This document shows, one piece after another, positions 10,704 to 18,346 of a DNA stretch of 64,000 bases. This stretch comes from Acidimicrobiaceae bacterium. Its GTDB lineage: Bacteria; Actinomycetota; Acidimicrobiia; Acidimicrobiales; Palsa-688. A program made the translations under genes and the position numbers. Below the pieces are notes generated by a model. That model saw only the letters and a program-made list of their open reading frames with translations. It was not told where the DNA came from and made no database searches. Position 1 is the first letter of the stretch, and each line of letters begins with the position of its first letter. The stretch is from contig DAHYHI010000079.1 in the NCBI GenBank assembly GCA_027391075.1, forward strand, positions 1-64,000, read 5' to 3'.

Positions 10704-11858
10704 GTGTCGGGGGATCCTGCGAAGCGTTTCATGGAGGCCGGCGAAGCCAAGTTGATCAAGTACCTCGGTTCTAAGAGGCTCCTCGTGCCGATCCTGGGAG
10801 AGCTCGTTCGGTCATCGGGTGCTGCGAGCGCCCTGGATCTATTCACCGGTACGACCCGGGTCGCCCAGGAGTTCAAGCGTCAAGGCGTGGCGGTGACAGC
10901 GGTCGACACGGCACGCTATTCGGAGGTTCTGGCCCGCTGCTACATCCAATGCGACGCCGATCGGGTGGACGTGCGAGGCCTCTCGGAGGCCGTCGGGTAC
11001 CTCAACGCGCTGAAAGGCGCCCCCGGCTATTTCACCGAGACCTTCTGCGAGCGTTCCAGGTTCTTCCAGCCTTTCAACGGGGAGCGCATCGACGTCATCC
11101 GGGATCGTATCGACCGTGACTTCTCTGACAGTCCGATCAGGCCGATACTGCTCTGCTCTCTCATGGAAGCGGCCGACCGGGTCGACTCGACTACAGGACT
11201 GCAGATGGCGTATGTCAAAAAGTGGGCGCCGCGTTCGTTTAAGCCCCTCGAGTTGCGAGTCCCCGTGCTGTTGGCCGGTCCCGGCCGTGCGCTGCGAGCC
11301 GACGCGGCGACGGTCGCCGCCAGCCTCGACCCGGTGGACCTCGCCTACCTCGACCCCCCTTACAACCAGCACCGGTACTACACGAACTACCACATCTGGG
11401 AGACTCTCGTAGCCTGGGATTCGCCGGAGCACTACGGGACAGCCTGCAAGCGCGTCGACAGCCGCGACGACTCCACCAAGAGCGTTTTCAACCGAAAGCG
11501 TGAGATGCCCCAAGCCCTTCGCCGCCTCATCGCCGACGTCCGTGCGCGGGTCGTCGTCGTCTCCTACAACGACGAGTCGTGGGTAGCACCCGAGGACCTC
11601 GTCGACATGTGCACGGTGCGAGGTCACGTGGAGGTGCTCGCTTTCGACTCCAGGCGTTACGTGGGAGCGCAGATCGGCATCTACAACCCGAGCGGGGAAA
11701 AGGTCGGTCGGGTCTCGCATGTGAGGAACGTCGAGTACCTGGTCGTCTCCGGCCCGAAAAGCGTCGTGTCCCCTATGGTCGCTCTGGCGGCCTCACGACC
11801 TGGGTCGACGGTCAGGCCGGCCCGCCTCGACCGTCGACTAACGCGATCAGGGTGGTAG
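10704..11858 (+). CDS. Dam-family (D12 class) N6-adenine DNA methyltransferase, apparently orphan
   Basis: 384 aa; N-terminal KYLGSKRLL (Dam/D12 lKwaGgK motif) and catalytic DPPY (AYLDPPYNQHRYY); no restriction endonuclease-like neighbour. Confidence 0.75.
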   Translation: MSGDPAKRFMEAGEAKLIKYLGSKRLLVPILGELVRSSGAASALDLFTGTTRVAQEFKRQGVAVTAVDTARYSEVLARCYIQCDADRVDVRGLSEAVGYLNALKGAPGYFTETFCERSRFFQPFNGERIDVIRDRIDRDFSDSPIRPILLCSLMEAADRVDSTTGLQMAYVKKWAPRSFKPLELRVPVLLAGPGRALRADAATVAASLDPVDLAYLDPPYNQHRYYTNYHIWETLVAWDSPEHYGTACKRVDSRDDSTKSVFNRKREMPQALRRLIADVRARVVVVSYNDESWVAPEDLVDMCTVRGHVEVLAFDSRRYVGAQIGIYNPSGEKVGRVSHVRNVEYLVVSGPKSVVSPMVALAASRPGSTVRPARLDRRLTRSGW

Positions 11859-11871
11859 CGTTACTAAAGGT

Positions 11872-12090
11872 ATGGACAGTTCATCGGGCAACCAACTCGT
11901 CGGCTCGATCGGCCATCTGAGTATGCGTATACCCGGCCCGGGCAGGCCGGGTGAGGTCCTCCTGAGCGTCCGAGGGGGATCCGAGCCGTTCATCGCCTAC
12001 AGCGACGAGGCGGTTCCGGCTGGCTCACAGGTTCTGGTGGTCGCTTCGCGGCCCGGTCGGGTGGTCGACGTAACGGCCTTTGCGGGCTGA
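11872..12090 (+). CDS. NfeD-like OB-fold protein (short form, no TM segment)
   Basis: 72 aa; Gly-rich beta-barrel pattern (VGSIGHL...GEVLLSVRGGSEPFIAYSDEAVPAGSQVLVVASRPGRVVDV) typical of the NfeD C-terminal domain; immediately upstream of flotillin as in yuaF-yuaG operons; good RBS for the downstream gene. Confidence 0.55.
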   Translation: MDSSSGNQLVGSIGHLSMRIPGPGRPGEVLLSVRGGSEPFIAYSDEAVPAGSQVLVVASRPGRVVDVTAFAG

Positions 12091-12117
12091 GAAGTCCGAA
12101 ACGAGAGAGGAGCAGCG

Positions 12118-13419
12118 ATGTTCGGTTGGCACGTTCCAAGGCCTGATCAGGCGCTTCTGATAAGCGGCGGCAAGCGGGGGTCGCTTCCGTTTCGTATCGT
12201 GACAGGGCACGGGGCTTTCGTAGTGCCGCTTCGCTCCAAGGTCAGCTACCTCACCTTGTCCATGCAAGAGGCGGAGGTGGCCGAAGAGTGCGTGACCAAG
12301 CAGGGGATAGCCGTGAACGTCAAGGCTGTCATCGCTTTCAAGGTCGGTAGCGACCCGGAGGGCATAGCCAACGCCGCTCAGCGATTCCTCGCCGCCGAGG
12401 AGAAGATGGGCGTCCTAACCGGGCGGATCTTCGCCGGGCATCTCCGATCCATCATCGGGTCGATGACCGTCGAAGAGATAATCCGCGAGCGTCAACGCCT
12501 CGCCGAGGAGGCTCTGGAAGCGTCCAAAGTGGAGATGTCGAAGATAGGCCTGGTGGTCGACGCCCTGCAGATCGAGAGCATCGACGATATGGGCTCCGGC
12601 TACATCAAAGCGCTCGCTGCCCCCCACGTCGCCCAGGTGCAGCGCGCGGCACGGGTCGCTCAAGCCCAAGCCGACCAGGCGTCGGCGGAGGCGGAGCAGA
12701 TCTCGCGTCGTAACCAGGCGGAGTTCGAACGCCAGACGGCGGTGGCACGCGCTGGCTTCCAAGCCGAGGTGGACAGAGCCCAAGCCCAGGCGGCTCAGGC
12801 CGGTCCCCTCGCCCAGGCCCAGACAACCCAGGAAGTCCTAGAGGCCCAGACGGCCCTAGCGGAGCGCAACGCCGAGCTCCGCGAACGGGAGCTTATAGCT
12901 GAGGTCATAAGACCGGCCCAAGCCGAGGCGCAGCGGATCAAGCTTCTCGCCGAGGCTGAAGCGGAAAGGCTCCGCCGTCTCGGCGAGGCCGGAGCCGCCC
13001 ACGACCGGGTCGCCTTGGATCAGCAGCTCATAGCGCAGCTCCCCGATATGCTCCGAGCGGCAGCCGACAGCCTCTCCCACGCCAACCTGACCGTGCTCAA
13101 CGGGGCGGACGGAGTCGCCGAGGTCGTGGCTGGCTTGGCCACCCAGGGCCTGGCGCTGCTGGAGGCTGTCAAGCACACGCTGCCGCAAGGCACCGGGCAA
13201 AAAGCTGCTGAGCCGACCGAAGGCCCCGGCGCGCACGGTGGCGGGGAGGCGGCCGAGACCGCCGAGCTGGCCGGGACCGGCCCGCTCGCCCTGGCTGGAG
13301 CGTCACAGGACCGGGACCCGCTCCGTTCCGGGCCGGACCGCCACGTTCCCCAGGGGCACGCCGACAGTAGTCATATAGGCGGCGGATCGCCGAGAGGCTG
13401 GCCCACAAAGAGCCGATAG
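12118..13419 (+). CDS. flotillin-family SPFH (band-7) protein
   Basis: 433 aa; SPFH domain starting PDQALLISGGKRG, followed by long Ala/Glu/Gln-rich coiled-coil flotillin repeats (AQAQA...); RBS gagaggag 6 nt upstream. Confidence 0.85.
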   Translation: MFGWHVPRPDQALLISGGKRGSLPFRIVTGHGAFVVPLRSKVSYLTLSMQEAEVAEECVTKQGIAVNVKAVIAFKVGSDPEGIANAAQRFLAAEEKMGVLTGRIFAGHLRSIIGSMTVEEIIRERQRLAEEALEASKVEMSKIGLVVDALQIESIDDMGSGYIKALAAPHVAQVQRAARVAQAQADQASAEAEQISRRNQAEFERQTAVARAGFQAEVDRAQAQAAQAGPLAQAQTTQEVLEAQTALAERNAELRERELIAEVIRPAQAEAQRIKLLAEAEAERLRRLGEAGAAHDRVALDQQLIAQLPDMLRAAADSLSHANLTVLNGADGVAEVVAGLATQGLALLEAVKHTLPQGTGQKAAEPTEGPGAHGGGEAAETAELAGTGPLALAGASQDRDPLRSGPDRHVPQGHADSSHIGGGSPRGWPTKSR

Positions 13420-13533
13420 CCCCTAGCGTCCAACGCCAGGCCATGGCAGAGTCATCTAGAAGAAGCTGGTCTTACACCTCCGCGGCAGCGGCGCCACCGG
13501 CAAGGTCGAACGTGGATTGGAGCACATCGGAAA

Positions 13534-14097
13534 ATGGACGACATCTCGACTACTGTCACTGGGACCTACCTGCTCGACCGGATTCATAGCAGGATTGGCT
13601 TCGTCGCCCGCCACGCCATGGTCACGAGACTGCGAGGTTCTTTCAACTCTTTCGACGGCGAGGGCTTTTTCGACGCCGACAACCCGATTAGGTCGCACCT
13701 GTCCCTTCGTATCGACTCGTCGAGCGTGGACACCCGCAACGCCGATCGCGACGCGCACGTGCGAAGCGCGGACTTCTTGGACTGCGACAACTACCCTGAG
13801 ATCACATTCCGATCTACCTCCGTGTCAGGAGAAGGTGACGCCCGCTACAGGGTCAGAGGGGACCTGACAGTGAAAGGCGTGACCCGACCGGTGACCGTCG
13901 AGCTCGACTACACGGGGACCGTGGTCGACCAAGAAGGCCGTCAGCGGGTCGGCTTCGAAGGTCGCTCTACGCTTCGGCGAAGCGACTGGGGCGTCACCTG
14001 GAACGCCCCACTCGAAGCGGGGGGTCTGCTGGTAAGCGACAAGGTCGACTTGGAGTTCGACGTCTCCGCCATCTTGGAGGAGACCGCAGCGTCCTGA
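13534..14097 (+). CDS. YceI-family (polyisoprenoid-binding) protein
   Basis: 187 aa; YceI pattern HSRIGFVARHAMVTRLRGSF...RDAHVRSADFLD...YPEITF. Confidence 0.8.
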   Translation: MDDISTTVTGTYLLDRIHSRIGFVARHAMVTRLRGSFNSFDGEGFFDADNPIRSHLSLRIDSSSVDTRNADRDAHVRSADFLDCDNYPEITFRSTSVSGEGDARYRVRGDLTVKGVTRPVTVELDYTGTVVDQEGRQRVGFEGRSTLRRSDWGVTWNAPLEAGGLLVSDKVDLEFDVSAILEETAAS

Positions 14098-14116
14098 CGA
14101 TACGTGAGGAACCGTC

Positions 14117-14139
14117 GGGGATTCCAGCTTGGCATCCCC
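14117..14139. terminator. candidate bidirectional hairpin between convergent yceI and PLP-enzyme genes
   Basis: GGGGAT-N11-ATCCCC inverted repeat in a 46-nt convergent gap; no U-tract. Confidence 0.2.
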
Positions 14140-14142
14140 GGG

Positions 14143-15483
14143 TCAGCGCACCCCGGTGGCGAGAACGAGGACCTTGTCAGTCGCTGCCACTTCGCCGCTG
14201 CCTACGAGCTGCGCGAGACCGGCGAGCCCAGCAGCGCCGGTGGCGGAAGCGGCGAAGCCGGCTTTCGCTGCCAGCGTGTGCGCGTCGACGAGCTCCTGCT
14301 CGCCGGCTACGAGCGCTGATCCCCCGGTTTCGAGCATTCCCCTGACCACCGCCACCCAGTCGTAGGTCTCGTCGTCGATGATCCCCGACGCCACGCTGCG
14401 AGGCTCGTCCCACGGCCACATGTAGCGCGACCTGTGGCGGGCCGCCTCTTCGAGCAGGGCGGCCACTCCTTCGGCAGATGGGGAGGGCCCGGCCCGGTCC
14501 TTCAGCTTTGTGAACGCACGTGACAGCGGATGGGCCCCCAGAGGCTGAAGAGTATGAATCCTCGGCATGCCGGCAATCACACCGGCCTGCGCTGCGTAGG
14601 CGAACGCGTTGATACAGCTCGTGGCCAGCGCACCGCCACCCACTTGGACGACCACGTGATCAGGCACGGCACCGGCCGCCACAGCTTCGGATATGGCTTC
14701 GTAGCCGAGAGTGCGCCCTCCGTCTAGGCACAGGGCGTTCAGGTCTCCTTGGCAGGTGAAGGCGATATCACCGTCCCCGAGGCCTTCAAGCAGGCGACGG
14801 TAAGTCGGGTCGCCGGCCTCCCCGGCCCGACGCTCGCAAGCTATGACCACTGCGTCGAGGGCAGCGAGCCTCGCCATGACCTCGGCGTCGGCGTGGGTTG
14901 GCACGTACACCTTCAGTCTCCACCGGGCGGCGGCGGCGACCACCCCGGCCGCGACAGCAGCGTTGCCGCAGCTGGCGATCGCCAGGTCTGGTCTGCTTCT
15001 TCGGTCTGTTATACCGGCGTCTTCGCTTACCAGAAGGTGGACCATGATGCCCACAAGGTGACGGACCTTGTGGCTACCCGCCACGTTGGAGGTCTCGTCT
15101 TTAACCCATACACCTCCGCCGGGAGAGAAACCGTAGAAGTCGGAAATGTGGCTGCTGCGTGCCAGCGACGTCGCCCCCAGTGTTTTCCCGTCTAGGGCCT
15201 CGATCCTTTTGGTCAGGTCTGTGACGATATCCACATATCGCGCTTCAGTCATTCCAACTGCCAGCGACCGACGGTAGCAGTCGAGCAGTCCGCGGAACCT
15301 GACGAAGGGATTGTCGCCGTGTGACCGACCCTGCGGCCATGGCGGCCACTCGCTGCCGTTGGTACGCGGCGGCGGAGCCACGAGGACATGGTCCACGTCG
15401 CCTATAGCGAAATTCGGGCAGCGAAAAGGGTAGGCGCCGAGCCCGTCCACCACCGTCCCGCAGCCGCCGCAGGTCATCTCCAC
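14143..15483 (-). CDS. fold-type II PLP-dependent enzyme (TrpB/threonine-synthase-like) with Cys-rich N-terminal segment
   Basis: 446 aa; PLP-lysine region VWVKDETSNVAGSHKVRH (compare TrpB LKREDLNHTGAHKINN); N-terminal CGGCG...C motif; Gly-rich PLP phosphate loop (VQVGGGALATS). Confidence 0.6.
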   Translation of the reverse strand: MEMTCGGCGTVVDGLGAYPFRCPNFAIGDVDHVLVAPPPRTNGSEWPPWPQGRSHGDNPFVRFRGLLDCYRRSLAVGMTEARYVDIVTDLTKRIEALDGKTLGATSLARSSHISDFYGFSPGGGVWVKDETSNVAGSHKVRHLVGIMVHLLVSEDAGITDRRSRPDLAIASCGNAAVAAGVVAAAARWRLKVYVPTHADAEVMARLAALDAVVIACERRAGEAGDPTYRRLLEGLGDGDIAFTCQGDLNALCLDGGRTLGYEAISEAVAAGAVPDHVVVQVGGGALATSCINAFAYAAQAGVIAGMPRIHTLQPLGAHPLSRAFTKLKDRAGPSPSAEGVAALLEEAARHRSRYMWPWDEPRSVASGIIDDETYDWVAVVRGMLETGGSALVAGEQELVDAHTLAAKAGFAASATGAAGLAGLAQLVGSGEVAATDKVLVLATGVR

Positions 15484-15494
15484 CGATCAGAACC

Positions 15495-17015
15495 TCAGCC
15501 TACGGTCACCCCGCTGCGGGCGTTGAACTCCCGGATCAGGTCGTCCCAGACAGGCAGCACCTGCCTGATGGACCGCCAGAAGTCTTGACTGCGACGCGCC
15601 TCGAACCTCTCGACGCTGACACCTTGCTGTTCCACCCAGGTGTAGTAGCCGAGGTTGAAGATCCTGGCCCGGTCGATCTGGCGGGTTTCGAGGGTGTCGT
15701 CGGTTCCAGCCCCGAAAAGATGGCGGCCCAGAGCCTCGGCGGCCTCGGCGCGACCGAAGCCGTCTGGGTAGTCTCGCGCTTCGATGCGCCTCAGCTCGCT
15801 TCGGTACAGGGCGGCGCCGTCGGTGGCGACGGTAACGATGACGTCGTCGGGGCCCAGACCCAGAAGTTTCGCCGTCTTGACGGCTGCTACGACGTTGCAG
15901 ATGCTTGAAAGGCCGAAGTGCTCCAAGGCGGACAGGACTTCGTCGGCCACCCCGTGAACCTCAGAAAGGTGGTTGATGCCCTCCTTGGAGTTGAAAGCGA
16001 CGGCCAGGCTATCAGTGGCCTTGTCGCTGACTCCGACGACGACGTCGGTGTTGTACACGTTGTGGATGAAAGGTATGTGCTTGTCCCCGATTCCTTGGAT
16101 GTTGTGCTCGCCGAAACCGTTGTAGAGCATCGTCGGGCATTCCACGGCTTCTACCGCCACCACCTTCGAGCCGTAGCGTTCGGCTAGATAGTCGCCGGCT
16201 CCGAGAGTTCCCGCCGATCCCGTTGCGGACACGAACGCAGCAAGACGCGACCCTGGCCGCTGTGCGTGCAGGTGCTCGAACACGGCCCCCAGGGCGGTCC
16301 CCGTCACCTGGTAGTGGGCAAGGTGGTTGCCGAACTCGGAGAACTGATTGAAAATAACGTTGTCGGGGTCTCGGGCGAGTACGGCGCAGCGGTCGTAGAT
16401 CTCCTTGACGTTGCTCTCGGTACCTGGCGTGGCGACTATGTCTTCTTTCGCCTGGACCCACGCTTCCAGCCAGTCGAAGCGTTCCTGGCTCATGCCTTCG
16501 GGTAGGACGGCCACGCCTCGCGAGCTCATCAGGCGTGACACGGCGATCCCGCCCCGGCAGTAGTTGCCAGTCGACGGCCACACGGCGCGGTCCGAGGTCG
16601 GGTCGAATCGCCCGGTGATGATCCTCGGGGCGAGGCAGCCGTAGGTGGCGAGAACCTTGTGAGCGCCGATCATCGGGAACCTGTCTCCGAGCATCACCAC
16701 GATGGGTGATCCGACCCCGGTCAGCTCCGGGGGCAGCACGACGTGGCCGGGGACTGATACGACTTTGCGCCGTGACGCGTCGTTGCGCCAGTGGACACGG
16801 AACAAGTTGAGCGGGTGAGCGTCGTCAGGGCCCACGTCTCGCAGGGCTGCTGTGACTTCTGGGGCGATCCTGGCGGGGTCGGTGAGCTCCTCGAAGGTGG
16901 GAAGCAGGATGCCTAACTCCCCGAAGCGTTCAGCGCTGCGGCGGAGCACTTCCATGTCCCCGACTGTCGTTTCGAGACCCGGCCAGTCGGGCACCGACGC
17001 GACGGGTTCGCTCAT
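15495..17015 (-). CDS. cysteine synthase/CBS-family PLP-dependent enzyme with N- and C-terminal extensions
   Basis: 506 aa; core aligns to CysK motifs ([15 protein letters not shown] about TSGNTGIGLA; [16 protein letters not shown] about MPETMSxERRxLLKAL; [11 protein letters not shown] about HxIQGIG); about 110-aa N-terminal and about 100-aa C-terminal extra regions. Confidence 0.6.
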   Translation of the reverse strand: MSEPVASVPDWPGLETTVGDMEVLRRSAERFGELGILLPTFEELTDPARIAPEVTAALRDVGPDDAHPLNLFRVHWRNDASRRKVVSVPGHVVLPPELTGVGSPIVVMLGDRFPMIGAHKVLATYGCLAPRIITGRFDPTSDRAVWPSTGNYCRGGIAVSRLMSSRGVAVLPEGMSQERFDWLEAWVQAKEDIVATPGTESNVKEIYDRCAVLARDPDNVIFNQFSEFGNHLAHYQVTGTALGAVFEHLHAQRPGSRLAAFVSATGSAGTLGAGDYLAERYGSKVVAVEAVECPTMLYNGFGEHNIQGIGDKHIPFIHNVYNTDVVVGVSDKATDSLAVAFNSKEGINHLSEVHGVADEVLSALEHFGLSSICNVVAAVKTAKLLGLGPDDVIVTVATDGAALYRSELRRIEARDYPDGFGRAEAAEALGRHLFGAGTDDTLETRQIDRARIFNLGYYTWVEQQGVSVERFEARRSQDFWRSIRQVLPVWDDLIREFNARSGVTVG

Positions 17016-18256
17016 CTGGCTGACCCGCCGGACGCGCTTAGGGCCATAGCGGCGTACATGGCTACCCCCGACGGCATCGCCGCCTCGTCGATTACGAAGC
17101 GGTTGGAGTGGTTTGGCGCCGGCTGGGCCACCCCGGAGGGCGAAGCGCCTAGGAAGGCCATGGAGCCACGAACCTGGCGTAGGACGTGAGACCAGTCCTC
17201 GGCGCCCATGACAGGGGTCGGCATTTCTACGACGCGCCCGGGACCCAGAAGCGCTCTGGCCACGTCGAGGGTGTGTCCGGCGTAACCGGCGTCGTTCACC
17301 GTGACAGGGTAGCTGTGCCCCTCTATCTGCATAGTCGCATGGCAGCCGTGGGCTGCGGCCGTGCCCGACAGCACGTTCGCCAAGGCTTCCAGCACCAGTG
17401 CCCGGGTATGGTCGGACACGGCCCTGACCGTGCCTCCGAGCACGACGGATTCGGGGATCACGTTAGTGGCTGTGCCGGCGTGGATCGTCGATACCGTGAC
17501 GACCGCAGGGTCGAAAGCCGGAACCCTCCGCGTCACCATCGACTGGACTGCGGTGACCGCGTGACATGCAGCGGCGACCGGGTCGACTGCGTCGTGGGGC
17601 ATCGAAGCATGACCCCCCTTGCCGGTCACGACGACGCGGAACTCGTCGGCCGAGGCCATGATCGTCCCGGGTTTGCAAGCCAGCAGTCCGCTTGGCAGCA
17701 CCGAGGAAATGTGGATCGCGAACGCCTCGTCGAAGGCGCCGTAGCGTTCGAGGAGGCCGTCGTCGATCATCGCCTTCGCCCCGTCGTGTCCCTCCTCGCC
17801 AGGCTGGAACATGAGCACGACACGTCCTGCGAAATCCTTGCGGTGTCCGACAAGAAGTTTCGCTGCTCCCAAGAGCATGGCGGTGTGGGCGTCGTGACCG
17901 CAGGCGTGCATCCGAGAGCCGTGTTTCGAGGAGAACTCCAAGCCGGTGTCCTCGGGCATCTCCAATGCGTCCATGTCGGCGCGCAACAGAACGGTGGGTC
18001 CATCTGTTTCGCCTTCGACGACCGCTTCGAGGGAACTGCAACCCTTCCCGGCTCGGCTTTCTATGCCGAGCGTTCTTAGCGTCTCGGCGACGAGCTCCTG
18101 GGTCCGCGGAAGGTCGAGTCCGATCTCCGGTTCGGCGTGGATCGCTCGGCGAATCCGAACCGTCTCGTCGGAGAAACTTCGCGCTTCGCTTAGAAGGCCC
18201 AGGTCTGTCATCTGAGATGTCATCCGGTCGGCGTAAGGCGATGAGGGTTCGGTCAC
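17012..18256 (-). CDS. M20D-family amidohydrolase (N-acyl-amino-acid / hippurate hydrolase-like)
   Basis: 414 aa; MHACGHD metal-binding motif, QPGEEG; 4-nt overlap with the downstream PLP gene. Confidence 0.8.
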   Translation of the reverse strand: MTEPSSPYADRMTSQMTDLGLLSEARSFSDETVRIRRAIHAEPEIGLDLPRTQELVAETLRTLGIESRAGKGCSSLEAVVEGETDGPTVLLRADMDALEMPEDTGLEFSSKHGSRMHACGHDAHTAMLLGAAKLLVGHRKDFAGRVVLMFQPGEEGHDGAKAMIDDGLLERYGAFDEAFAIHISSVLPSGLLACKPGTIMASADEFRVVVTGKGGHASMPHDAVDPVAAACHAVTAVQSMVTRRVPAFDPAVVTVSTIHAGTATNVIPESVVLGGTVRAVSDHTRALVLEALANVLSGTAAAHGCHATMQIEGHSYPVTVNDAGYAGHTLDVARALLGPGRVVEMPTPVMGAEDWSHVLRQVRGSMAFLGASPSGVAQPAPNHSNRFVIDEAAMPSGVAMYAAMALSASGGSAR

Positions 18257-18346
18257 CCTTCGAGCCTAGCGAACGCCTTGGTTAAGGTGGAGGCCAGCGC
18301 TTCGCACCCGCCGGGTACCTCGCAGGCCCTGTAGGTCGGCTGCCCG

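Noticed and set aside
10839-11720. 293-aa minus-strand ORF
   Set aside because: Entirely antisense to the Dam-family methyltransferase gene, Arg/Val-rich with no motif; typical high-GC shadow ORF.
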